Of a stretch of 34,798 nucleotides of DNA, positions 9,866 through 18,765 are shown one piece after another. The first letter of the stretch is position 1, and each line of letters opens with the position of its first letter. The position numbers were made by a program, and so were the translations under genes. Under the pieces are notes generated by a model. The model saw only the letters and a list, made by a program, of their open reading frames with translations. It did no database searches and was not told the DNA's origin. The stretch lies in sequence record SRR22947725_372. The stretch is one strand, 5' to 3'.

Positions 9866-10507
9866 ATGGGATTATTAGGTAAAGATAGTAAATTGATTTC
9901 AGATCCATTAGCGGATAATAATCCTATTACAATTCAAGTATTAGGAATTTGTTCGGCACTAGCTATAACCGCAGAGTTAAAAGCTTCTATAGTAATGTCT
10001 ATCTCTGTAATATTTGTTATGGGTGCCGGAAATGTTGTCATTTCATTAATTAGAAATATAATTCCTTCAAAAATTAGAATCATTGTTCAGCTTACAGTAG
10101 TTGCAGCTTTGGTTATTATTGTTGATCAAGTTTTAAAAGCCTATTCATATTCATTGAGTAAAGAATTAGGTGCTTTTATTGGTCTTATTATTACTAATTG
10201 TATTATTATGGGTCGTTTTGAAGCATTTGCATTAGCAAATGGTGTGTGGAGGTCTTTTTTAGATGGAATTGGAAATGCAATTGGTTATGGAGTTATATTA
10301 ATAATTGTAGGTTTTTTCAGAGAATTATTAGGTTCAGGTACTCTCTTAGGATATGCAGTTTTAGGCGATCCTATTGAGAAGACGGGTCTTTATTCTATTG
10401 GATATGAGAATAATGGTTTTATGTTATTAGCTCCTATGGCATTAATTGTAGTAGGACTAATTATTTGGGTACAAAGATCTAGAAATATAAGTTTAATTGA
10501 AGATTAA
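9866..10507 (+). CDS. nqrD: Na+-NQR subunit D
   Basis: NNPITIQVLGICSALA and GLIITNCIIMGRFEAFA. Confidence 0.96.
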   Translation: MGLLGKDSKLISDPLADNNPITIQVLGICSALAITAELKASIVMSISVIFVMGAGNVVISLIRNIIPSKIRIIVQLTVVAALVIIVDQVLKAYSYSLSKELGAFIGLIITNCIIMGRFEAFALANGVWRSFLDGIGNAIGYGVILIIVGFFRELLGSGTLLGYAVLGDPIEKTGLYSIGYENNGFMLLAPMALIVVGLIIWVQRSRNISLIED

Positions 10508-10520
10508 TAAAGTTAGTTAA

Positions 10521-11246
10521 ATGGAGCATATAGAATTATTATTTAAATCAATTTTTATCGATAATATGGTATTTGCTACCTTTTTAGGTATGTGCTCATA
10601 TTTGGCAGTTTCAAAAAAAGTTGACACAGCTGTAGGATTAGGTGCCGCAGTAATTTTTGTATTAACAATTACAGTCCCATTGAATTGGCTTTTAGACAAA
10701 TATATCTTGCAAGATGGTGCTCTAGTATGGATTAGTGAAGAATTTGCAATTTATGATTTAAGTTTTTTATCATTTATTATGTTTATTGCTACAATTGCTA
10801 CAATGGTACAACTTGTTGAAATTATTGTTGAGAAATTTAGTCCGTCTTTATACAATTCACTTGGAATATTCTTACCTCTTATCGCAGTAAATTGTGCGAT
10901 TTTAGGAGGATCTTTATTTATGCAATCAAGAGAGATTCCTACACTAGCTCTAGCTCTTACTTATGGGGTGGGCTCTGGAATAGGATGGTTTTTAGCAATT
11001 TTATCAATTGCTGCAATTAGAGAAAAAATTAGATACTCTAACGTTCCTGCTCCATTGAGAGGACTTGGAATAACATTTATTATTACAGGTTTAATGGCTA
11101 TCGGTTTTATGAGCTTTGGAGGTATGTTAACTGGTGGAGATGAAGAAGTTTCTAAAAAGGATCTAGATGTTGAACTTGTTGCAAATGCTAATGACCAAAA
11201 ATTAAATAATAAACTATTTTTAAAAAATTCAAAAGAAGTTAATTAA
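10521..11246 (+). CDS. nqrE: Na+-NQR subunit E
   Basis: [37 protein letters not shown]; has a hydrophilic C-terminal extension. Confidence 0.96.
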   Translation: MEHIELLFKSIFIDNMVFATFLGMCSYLAVSKKVDTAVGLGAAVIFVLTITVPLNWLLDKYILQDGALVWISEEFAIYDLSFLSFIMFIATIATMVQLVEIIVEKFSPSLYNSLGIFLPLIAVNCAILGGSLFMQSREIPTLALALTYGVGSGIGWFLAILSIAAIREKIRYSNVPAPLRGLGITFIITGLMAIGFMSFGGMLTGGDEEVSKKDLDVELVANANDQKLNNKLFLKNSKEVN

Positions 11247-11247
11247 T

Positions 11248-12555
11248 ATGATTTTAGCATCAGAAACTTTAGGGACCATTTTTATAACAATTATTGCTTT
11301 TTTAATTGTATCATTATTATTGATCAGTGTACTTTTATATGTTAAGCAAAAACTATCACCTTCAGGTCCTGTAATGATTACAATTAATGGTGAAAAAGAA
11401 ATTGAGGTTGCTTCTGGAGAAACATTATTAACCACCCTCGGTGCACAAAAAATATTTTTACCATCTGCATGCGGTGGAGGAGGAACATGTATTCAATGTG
11501 AATGTCATGTGAATAGTGGAGGAGGAGAAGCATTACCAACTGAAATACCTCATTTCACAAGAAAAGAAATTAAATCTGGTGCAAGATTAGCATGTCAAGT
11601 AAAAGTAAAACAAGACATGAATATTAGTATACCTGAGGAAGTGTTTGGTATTAAAAAGTTTGAAGCAACTGTAGTTAGAAATTATAATGTTGCATCTTTC
11701 ATTAAAGAGTTTGTAGTATCTATACCAGAAGATATGGGTTATAAAGCTGGAGGATATATTCAAATAGAAATTCCTGAAGGTGAGGTTAAATTTTCAGACA
11801 TTGATATAACAGCTCACCCTGATGAACATGAATCTGCTGATAAATTTAAAGCTGAATGGGACAAATTTAATCTTTGGCCTTTAGTTATGAATAATAATGA
11901 GCTTGTAGATAGAGCTTATTCTATGGCATCGTACCCTGCAGAAGGTAAAGAAATTATGTTAAACGTAAGAATAGCCACACCACCATGGGATAGAAATAAA
12001 AATGGATGGATGGATGTAAATCCTGGAGTAGCATCTTCATACATTTTCTCTAAAAAAGCTGGCGATAAAGTGACAATCTCTGGTCCATATGGTGAATTTT
12101 TTATAAATGAATCTGATTCAGAAATGCTATATGTTGGTGGTGGTGCTGGTATGGCTCCTATGAGATCTCATCTTTATCATCTCTTTAAAACTTTACAAAC
12201 TGGTCGAAAGGTTAGTTTTTGGTATGGGGGTAGATCTAGAAGAGAGCTATTCTATTTAGATCATTTTTATAAATTAGAAAAAGATTTCCCAAACTTTAAA
12301 TTTTATTTAGCATTATCTGAACCTCTTCCTGAAGATAATTGGAATGTTAAAAGTAATTTAGAGGGTGAAGGAGATGGTTTTGTTGGATTTGTTCATAATT
12401 GTGTTATCGATAATTATTTAAGCACTCATGAATATCCAGAAGATATTGAGCTTTATTTCTGTGGACCCCCTTTAATGAATCAAGCTGTTCAAAAAATGGG
12501 TGAAGATTTTGGTATCCCTGATGAACATATCAGATTTGATGATTTTGGTGGTTAA
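11248..12555 (+). CDS. nqrF: Na+-NQR subunit F (NADH dehydrogenase, 2Fe-2S/FAD)
   Basis: CGGGGTCIQC..RLACQ 2Fe-2S motif, RAYSMA, GGGAGMAP, CGPP, terminal DDFGG. Confidence 0.97.
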   Translation: MILASETLGTIFITIIAFLIVSLLLISVLLYVKQKLSPSGPVMITINGEKEIEVASGETLLTTLGAQKIFLPSACGGGGTCIQCECHVNSGGGEALPTEIPHFTRKEIKSGARLACQVKVKQDMNISIPEEVFGIKKFEATVVRNYNVASFIKEFVVSIPEDMGYKAGGYIQIEIPEGEVKFSDIDITAHPDEHESADKFKAEWDKFNLWPLVMNNNELVDRAYSMASYPAEGKEIMLNVRIATPPWDRNKNGWMDVNPGVASSYIFSKKAGDKVTISGPYGEFFINESDSEMLYVGGGAGMAPMRSHLYHLFKTLQTGRKVSFWYGGRSRRELFYLDHFYKLEKDFPNFKFYLALSEPLPEDNWNVKSNLEGEGDGFVGFVHNCVIDNYLSTHEYPEDIELYFCGPPLMNQAVQKMGEDFGIPDEHIRFDDFGG

Positions 12556-12567
12556 ATTATAATTTCC

Positions 12568-12945
12568 ATGGACAGTCCCTTATCAAAACAAGAACTTCAT
12601 AATCTAGCAATGAATCATGTTGGTAAAGATCTTGAATCAAGAGGTTTTGAGTTTATTGCAATCAATAGTAAACTAAAAAAAAATCCACAATTTGTATGTA
12701 TTGATAAAAACAAACAATACTTTTTTGTAATTATAAAAGCAATCTTACTTCCTGAAAATCCAAACAATTATGATCTAGTATGGATGGAAAAGTTTAAGCA
12801 ACATGCTAAATCTCATGATTCAAAGGTTCTTTATGCTGGTGTAGGTTTAGCAAATGCTAAGAATGAAAATAATCCAGTATATTTAAATCAGGATTATATA
12901 ATTGAATATAATGGGATTCAAGTAATTGATGATAATTTAAACTAA
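12568..12945 (+). CDS. Hypothetical soluble protein inside the nqr operon
   Basis: 125-aa ORF filling the nqrF-apbE gap; its stop overlaps the apbE start (TAATG). No signal peptide or TM helix. Confidence 0.8.
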   Translation: MDSPLSKQELHNLAMNHVGKDLESRGFEFIAINSKLKKNPQFVCIDKNKQYFFVIIKAILLPENPNNYDLVWMEKFKQHAKSHDSKVLYAGVGLANAKNENNPVYLNQDYIIEYNGIQVIDDNLN

Positions 12946-13910
12946 TGCGTTACCTATTATTAATATTTATTACAGTTTTTTCTTGTACTAACAATTCACT
13001 TAAAAAAACTTCTATTAGTGGTTATGTGTATGGTACCACTTACAATATTGTCTATTTTTCTGATGATGAATTACAATTGAAAACGCAAATTGATAGTCTT
13101 TTTAATGTTATAGATATGTCAATGTCTACCTATAATTCAAATTCATTAATTACTAAAATTAATAATAATGAAGATGTTGAGTTAGACAATCACTTTAAAT
13201 TTGTTTTTAATGTTTCTAAAAATATTTTCAATAAGACAAATGGTTATTTTGATCCTTCTATTGGCCCTTTAGTGAACTCACTAAATTTTGGCCCAAAAAA
13301 CTATGACATGCCAGCAGTTAATCTCAAAAATCTAGTAGGTTTAGATAAATTTAATGTCATAGAAAATAAATTAAATAGACCTCTTAACTCTTTTATAGAT
13401 TTCAACGCTATTGCAAAAGGATATAGTGTTGATTTAATCTCAAATTTTTTAAGTACTAATAATATAACTAATTATATAGTTGAAGTAGGAGGTGAAATTA
13501 GATCAAGTGGTATAAACTTAGATGGAAATCAAAATTGGAGAGTTGGATTAGATACTCCTAGATTTGATGGTTTACAAAAAGAACTTTACAAAATCTTTAA
13601 TTTAAAGAACAGTTCAATGGCAACTTCAGGAGTTTACAGAAAATTTAAAATTGATAGTTTAGGAAATAAATATGCTCATATTATTGATCCAAAAACAGGC
13701 TATTCTTCAACCACAAATATACTAAGTGTAACAGTAATTTCAGAGAATTGTATTGAAGCTGATGCATTTGCTACTGCATTACATCTTATGTCAGTTGAGG
13801 AAATTGCTAATTTTGCAAAAAAAAATAATGAGATCAGTATTTTTATTATATATAATGATAAGAATAATGAAATGAAAGACATTTCTTTCAATAATTTCCC
13901 TTCTATTTAG
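12945..13910 (+). CDS. apbE: FAD:protein FMN transferase (lipoprotein)
   Basis: Lipobox VFSC; GTTY, FDPSIGPL, DFNAIAKGY, VEVGGE, MATSG, HIIDP, ADAFATAL. Confidence 0.95.
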   Translation: MRYLLLIFITVFSCTNNSLKKTSISGYVYGTTYNIVYFSDDELQLKTQIDSLFNVIDMSMSTYNSNSLITKINNNEDVELDNHFKFVFNVSKNIFNKTNGYFDPSIGPLVNSLNFGPKNYDMPAVNLKNLVGLDKFNVIENKLNRPLNSFIDFNAIAKGYSVDLISNFLSTNNITNYIVEVGGEIRSSGINLDGNQNWRVGLDTPRFDGLQKELYKIFNLKNSSMATSGVYRKFKIDSLGNKYAHIIDPKTGYSSTTNILSVTVISENCIEADAFATALHLMSVEEIANFAKKNNEISIFIIYNDKNNEMKDISFNNFPSI

Positions 13911-14658
13911 TGCATACCGGAATAATCTCTCCCTTAATTATAGAGAATTTTAATATTTCTTTATCACTAAATTTTTTTGAATAGTCTACTTGTTGAACTT
14001 TAAAACCTGTGTCTTCGAGCTTGTTAAAATAATCTTTTCCATAAATTCTTACATGATCGTATTGGCCAAATATTTTGTTCCTTTCTAATTTATCAGTGAT
14101 TGAATCGTCTTGAAAAGTTTTTTCTCTTTTCATATCAATTGGAACTTGAAAAATGCCTATACCACCTTTTTTTAAAACTCTGTACAATTCACTCATTGCT
14201 TTATTGTCATCTAATACATGTTCTAAAACATGATTACACAGAATAAAGTCATAGGTATTTTCCTTTATTGGTAAATCACATATGTCAGCCTTAATTTTTG
14301 CTAATGGTGAGTTAATATCAATTGTATCATATTGAATATTACTTAATTTCTTAAATCTTTTATAAAAAGCCTGTTCAGGTGCAAAATGTAATAGTTTTAT
14401 TTTTTTTTCAAAAAGTACTGTTTCATTTTTTAAATATAACCAAAGTAATCTATGTCTTTCTAGTGATAGAGTAGATGGAGATAGTGCATTTTTTCTTAAT
14501 TTAGTATATCCATAAGATAAAAATTTTCGAAACGATTTACCATCAATTGGATCGGTGAATTTATCTCCACTTAATAAAATGCCAAGTAAAGGTTGAAAAA
14601 TAAAACTAAACTTTATTAAAAAAGTTCTTGGAAATATTTTTAAAATTAATTTAATCAA
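13903..14658 (-). CDS. Class I SAM-dependent methyltransferase (type 11-like)
   Basis: SLERHR, LLHFAPE, ADICDLP, YDFILCNHVLEHV, ELYRVLKKGG, FGQYDHVR. Confidence 0.85.
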   Translation of the reverse strand: MIKLILKIFPRTFLIKFSFIFQPLLGILLSGDKFTDPIDGKSFRKFLSYGYTKLRKNALSPSTLSLERHRLLWLYLKNETVLFEKKIKLLHFAPEQAFYKRFKKLSNIQYDTIDINSPLAKIKADICDLPIKENTYDFILCNHVLEHVLDDNKAMSELYRVLKKGGIGIFQVPIDMKREKTFQDDSITDKLERNKIFGQYDHVRIYGKDYFNKLEDTGFKVQQVDYSKKFSDKEILKFSIIKGEIIPVCTK

Positions 14659-15470
14659 ATCTTATAATTATTTATAAATTCATTCTCTTCATCGGATATG
14701 ATTCCTAATGCTTCATATATATAAGAGAATGTGGAAAGTAGTTCAGGATTACCATTAATAATTGCAATATTATGTTCAAAATGTGCGCTAGGTTTATTGT
14801 CTAATGTAGTTATAGTCCATCCGTCCTTATGATGTTTAATTTTATGCGTTCCCTGGTTAATCATAGGTTCAATTGCAACTACCATTCCTTCTACAAATTT
14901 CTTACCCTTACCTCTTTTGCCATAATTTGGCATTTCAGGCTTTTCATGCATTGTTTTACCTAACCCATGGCCAACTAACTCCCTTACAACCCCATAACCT
15001 CTTTTTTCACAATAATTTTGAATAGCATAGCCTACATCTCCAACTCTATTTCCAGATTTAAAATTTCTGATTCCTTGGTATAATGACTCTTTTGTTGTAT
15101 CCAAAAGATCTTTTACTTCATGTGAAATGTTTCCAACTCCAAATGTATAGGCGTGATCTCCATAAAACTCATTTTTCAAAACCCCACAGTCTATTGAAAT
15201 AATATCTCCATCTTTTATTGGAGTATTATTTGGAATTCCGTGAACAACTTGTGAATTTGGACTTATGCAAAGGGTGTTAGGGAAGTCATACATTCCTAAA
15301 AAACCTGGAATTGCTCCATTGTCTCTAATAAATTCTTCAGCAAGTTTATCTAAATGTAATGTTGTAATACCTTCTTTAATTTCTCCTGCAATCATGCCCA
15401 GAGTTTTAGAAACAAGTAAAGCACTCTCTCTAATAAGCTCAATTTCTTCTCTATTTTTAGTAATACTCAT
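14655..15470 (-). CDS. map: Methionine aminopeptidase type I
   Basis: VVHGIP, SIDCG, YGDHA, VGHGLG..HE, AIEPM, SAHFEH metal ligands. Confidence 0.97.
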   Translation of the reverse strand: MSITKNREEIELIRESALLVSKTLGMIAGEIKEGITTLHLDKLAEEFIRDNGAIPGFLGMYDFPNTLCISPNSQVVHGIPNNTPIKDGDIISIDCGVLKNEFYGDHAYTFGVGNISHEVKDLLDTTKESLYQGIRNFKSGNRVGDVGYAIQNYCEKRGYGVVRELVGHGLGKTMHEKPEMPNYGKRGKGKKFVEGMVVAIEPMINQGTHKIKHHKDGWTITTLDNKPSAHFEHNIAIINGNPELLSTFSYIYEALGIISDEENEFINNYKI

Positions 15471-15472
15471 AA

Positions 15473-16987
15473 TTATATCAGTGATTCTTGAGTCATTTCT
15501 TTTGGTTTTTTTATTCCCATAAGTTTCAAAATAGTTGGAGCAATATCTCCAAGGATACCACTTTTTATATTTTTCAAATCTTCATCTATAAGTATTACAG
15601 GAACAGGATTGGTAGTATGTGCAGTATTAGGAGTTCCATCAGGGTTAATCATAGTTTCACAATTACCATGATCTGCAATTAATATAGTTGTATAATTGTT
15701 TTTATTTGCAGAATTTATAACAGTCTCAACACATTTATCAACTGCTTCACATGCTTTTATAGCAGCTTTCATACTACCCGTATGGCCAACCATATCACCA
15801 TTAGCAAAGTTTAAACAAATAAAATCATGTGTTTCTAAGTTTATTTCTTTGACTAAAGAATCTGTAATTTCATAAGCACTCATTTCTGGTTTAAGATCGT
15901 ATGTCGCAACTTTAGGAGAATTTTTCAATATTCTAGATTCACCCCTAAAGACATTTTCTCTTCCACCTGAAAAGAAAAAAGTTACATGCGGATACTTTTC
16001 TGTTTCAGAAATTCTTAATTGATTCTTGTTGCTTTTTTCCAATATCTCACCTAGAGTATTATTAAGATTAGATTTATTGAATATAACTTTTATGTTAGAA
16101 AAAGTATTATCATAATTAGTCATTGTTACGAAATGAAGATTTAATTTCTTCATATCAAACTCTAAATTATCTTTTTGCGATAGCACCTTTGTGAGTTCTC
16201 TACCTCTGTCAGTTCTAAAATTAAAAAATATTACCACATCATCATTTTTAACTCTCGAAAGTGGTTGGTTATTAGAGTCTACTTTAATTATAGGCTTTAT
16301 AAACTCATCTGTACACCCATTAGCGTAATTATTTTCAATACTATGAATTAGATTTGAGCTCTTTTCTCCTTTTGCATTTACCAACGCATCATAAGCAAGT
16401 TTTACTCTTTCCCATCTGTTATCTCTATCCATGGCAAAATACCTGCCAGTAATAGAAGCTATTTGAACGGGGCTATTTTTTATATATTCATTTAAATCTA
16501 AAATATATCTAGAGCCAGACTTAGGGTCTACATCTCTTCCATCAGTAAAACCATGTATGTAAGATTCGATATTGTAATCTTTTGCAATGTCAATTAATGC
16601 TTTTAAATGATTAATGTGAGAGTGAACTCCACCATCACTTATTAAACCTAGAAAATGAATTTTTTTATTATATTTTTTTGCAAATTCAAAAGTCTCTGCT
16701 ATGACTTTTTCTTTTTTGAATTTATTTTGTTCTATGGATATATTAATCTTAGCAAGATCTTGATAAACTATTCTACCTGCACCTAAATTCATATGTCCAA
16801 CTTCACTATTACCCATTTGGCCATCTGGAAGGCCAACGTGTAAGCCATCTGTTCTAAGATTTGAGAAAGGATATTTTTTGTATAAACTATCAATGAAATT
16901 TGTGTCAGCATTATCTATGGCTGAAACCTTAGGATCTGGAGAATTTCCCCATCCATCTAATATCATTAAAATTACTTTTTTATTCAT
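15473..16987 (-). CDS. gpmI: 2,3-bisphosphoglycerate-independent phosphoglycerate mutase
   Basis: ILDGWG, GQMGNSEVGH, DGGVHSH, GRYFAMDRD, ETEKYPHVT, DMVGHTG, ADHGN. Start set at ATG 16987 (MNKKV). Confidence 0.97.
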   Translation of the reverse strand: MNKKVILMILDGWGNSPDPKVSAIDNADTNFIDSLYKKYPFSNLRTDGLHVGLPDGQMGNSEVGHMNLGAGRIVYQDLAKINISIEQNKFKKEKVIAETFEFAKKYNKKIHFLGLISDGGVHSHINHLKALIDIAKDYNIESYIHGFTDGRDVDPKSGSRYILDLNEYIKNSPVQIASITGRYFAMDRDNRWERVKLAYDALVNAKGEKSSNLIHSIENNYANGCTDEFIKPIIKVDSNNQPLSRVKNDDVVIFFNFRTDRGRELTKVLSQKDNLEFDMKKLNLHFVTMTNYDNTFSNIKVIFNKSNLNNTLGEILEKSNKNQLRISETEKYPHVTFFFSGGRENVFRGESRILKNSPKVATYDLKPEMSAYEITDSLVKEINLETHDFICLNFANGDMVGHTGSMKAAIKACEAVDKCVETVINSANKNNYTTILIADHGNCETMINPDGTPNTAHTTNPVPVILIDEDLKNIKSGILGDIAPTILKLMGIKKPKEMTQESLI

Positions 16988-17001
16988 ACTGAAAATCAAT
17001 A

Positions 17002-17009
17002 CAAATTTA
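17002..17009 (-). promoter_or_regulatory. -7 promoter element for gpmI-map-methyltransferase
   Basis: Minus-strand TAAATTTG, 14 bp upstream of ATG 16987. Confidence 0.6.
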
Positions 17010-17064
17010 CTGAATTTTCAACAAATCTTTATCATTGTTCAGTATAGCTTTATAACCTCTTTTA

Positions 17065-17769
17065 TTACAAGTCGCTTAAATTAAAATTTATTTCAACTTC
17101 GTATGGTTTTTTATTTTGTTCAAAGATCCTAGCTGACTTGTTCCCTTTTAAAATTATTCTGTCTCCACTAATAGATAAATAACTACCTTCTCTAAGGCCA
17201 ATTACAATTTGAGAATTAAAAAAATGAAACTCCTTAATTCTAGTTTCTCTGGTCTCACCCATGTGTTTGTTATTAGTAATTGGATCGAGATAATGTGGGT
17301 TGATGTTAAAAGGAATTATATTTAGTGCTTTAAAGTTATTTGGATGTATGATTGGCATATCATTACTAGTTCCAATTGAAGGTCCACAAATATTAATTCC
17401 TGCGCTAGTACCTAAATATGGTTTTCCAGAGTCAATGGCTTCTTTTAAAGAATTAATTAAATCGTTATCAATTAATGTTTTAAGAAGTAAAAAAGAATTG
17501 CCACCACCAATAAATATTCCATCATTATCATTTATTGCTTTTTTTAAATCTTTGTATTTATGTATACCATTAAGCTTAATTCCTAATTTGATAAAAAAAT
17601 CAGAGGCTAATTTTGTGTACTTTTCATGAGTTAATCCGTTAGGCCTAGCATATGGAATAAAAACTATTTTTTTTGAATTACTGAATAATAATTTAATTTC
17701 ATCTTTAATATAATCTAAATAAGTACCTCCATATATAGTTGAAGTACTGGCTAAAATCATTTTTTTCAT
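17065..17769 (-). CDS. pepE: Dipeptidase E (peptidase S51)
   Basis: FIPYA, GGGNSF, GTSAG nucleophile, INPHY, GETRETRIKEF, GLREG. Confidence 0.95.
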   Translation of the reverse strand: MKKMILASTSTIYGGTYLDYIKDEIKLLFSNSKKIVFIPYARPNGLTHEKYTKLASDFFIKLGIKLNGIHKYKDLKKAINDNDGIFIGGGNSFLLLKTLIDNDLINSLKEAIDSGKPYLGTSAGINICGPSIGTSNDMPIIHPNNFKALNIIPFNINPHYLDPITNNKHMGETRETRIKEFHFFNSQIVIGLREGSYLSISGDRIILKGNKSARIFEQNKKPYEVEINFNLSDL

Positions 17770-17822
17770 ATAGTAAATTTAAAAAAACTAACTTTTTTAT
17801 AATTCAAATTAAACTTACTGAT

Positions 17823-17830
17823 TATATTTG
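17823..17830 (+). promoter_or_regulatory. -7 promoter element for tatA
   Basis: TATATTTG ends 4 nt before ATG 17835. Confidence 0.55.
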
Positions 17831-17834
17831 TAGA

Positions 17835-18119
17835 ATGCTATTATATTTTTTTAATTTATTTATAAGTGGAGCTGAAATTGCGATAATATTATTTATTGCT
17901 GTAATTTTTTTTGGTGCAGATAAGATCCCTGATATTGCTAGAAATTTAGGAAAAGGTCTTAATGAAATAAAACATGCTACTAATGATATTAAAAGAGAAA
18001 TTCGATCTTCCTCAGAACCAATTAAAAATAATTCCATCACTAAAGATGTGGATAATGAGCTCTCTAAAGTTAAAAAAGATTTAGAAGAGTTTTCAGGATC
18101 AATAAAAAGAGATTTGTAA
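17835..18119 (+). CDS. tatA: Twin-arginine translocase TatA/TatB-family subunit
   Basis: ISGAEIAIILFIAVIFFGADKIPDIARNLGKG: TM helix, FG hinge, amphipathic helix. Start set at ATG 17835. Confidence 0.88.
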   Translation: MLLYFFNLFISGAEIAIILFIAVIFFGADKIPDIARNLGKGLNEIKHATNDIKREIRSSSEPIKNNSITKDVDNELSKVKKDLEEFSGSIKRDL

Positions 18120-18120
18120 T

Positions 18121-18765
18121 TTATTTCTTTATGCTTATGGTTATTCCATCTCTTATTGGTAAGATCACAGAATCCATATCTGTTCTATTTTTTAACATTT
18201 TATTGTATTCTACTATAGCTTTAGTGGATTTGTCTTTTTGAGAAATTTCATTTAAAACCTTACCATCCCATAGTACATTGTCTGAAAGTAATACTCCTCC
18301 TTTTTTTAATCTAACTATTAAAACATCTAAATATTTTGGATAGTTGATTTTATCAGCATCTAAAAAGATTAAATCAAAGTCATGATCTAATTTTGGAATT
18401 ATCTCTAATGCATTTCCTAAGTGTTGTGTAATGTTATTATTGAAAGAAGATTTTTTAAAATATTTTCTTTGTAAATCATATAATTCTTCGTTGATGTCTA
18501 CAGTATGGATCTGACCGTTTTTATCTAATCCTTCAGCTAAACATAATGTTGAATAGCCTGTAAATGTTCCAATTTCTAATATTTTTTTAGGATTAATTAT
18601 TTTAGAAATCATACTTAATAATCTCCCTTGATAAGTGCCGCTTATCATTCGTGGTTGAAGAACTTTTAGATTGGTTTCTCTATTTAAATCACTAAGTATT
18701 TCAGGCTCTTTTTCAGAGTGATTAATTAAGTATTCATATAGTTTTTCGTTATTGATGTATTTCAT
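18121..18765 (-). CDS. Cation-dependent O-methyltransferase (caffeoyl-CoA OMT/TrmR-like)
   Basis: ILEIGTFTGYS, FDLIFLDADK, DNVLWDG, LPIRDG. Confidence 0.9.
   Translation of the reverse strand: MKYINNEKLYEYLINHSEKEPEILSDLNRETNLKVLQPRMISGTYQGRLLSMISKIINPKKILEIGTFTGYSTLCLAEGLDKNGQIHTVDINEELYDLQRKYFKKSSFNNNITQHLGNALEIIPKLDHDFDLIFLDADKINYPKYLDVLIVRLKKGGVLLSDNVLWDGKVLNEISQKDKSTKAIVEYNKMLKNRTDMDSVILPIRDGITISIKK

Noticed and set aside
12568..12945. Calling this ORF a second NqrF or an nqrF fragment
   Set aside because: NqrF upstream is complete and this protein has no 2Fe-2S, FAD or NAD motifs.
17008..17044. TACTGAA..TTCAGTA inverted repeat between pepE and gpmI
   Set aside because: Only 7-bp arms with a 23-nt spacer and no clear U-tract; too weak to call a terminator or operator.
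17739..17834. Extended N-terminus of TatA in the ORF track (likewise omp28 1951, gpmI 16999, lipA 24642, microprotein 26121)
   Set aside because: Longest-ORF artefacts; downstream ATGs fit family N-termini and, for tatA, gpmI and lipA, promoter positions better.
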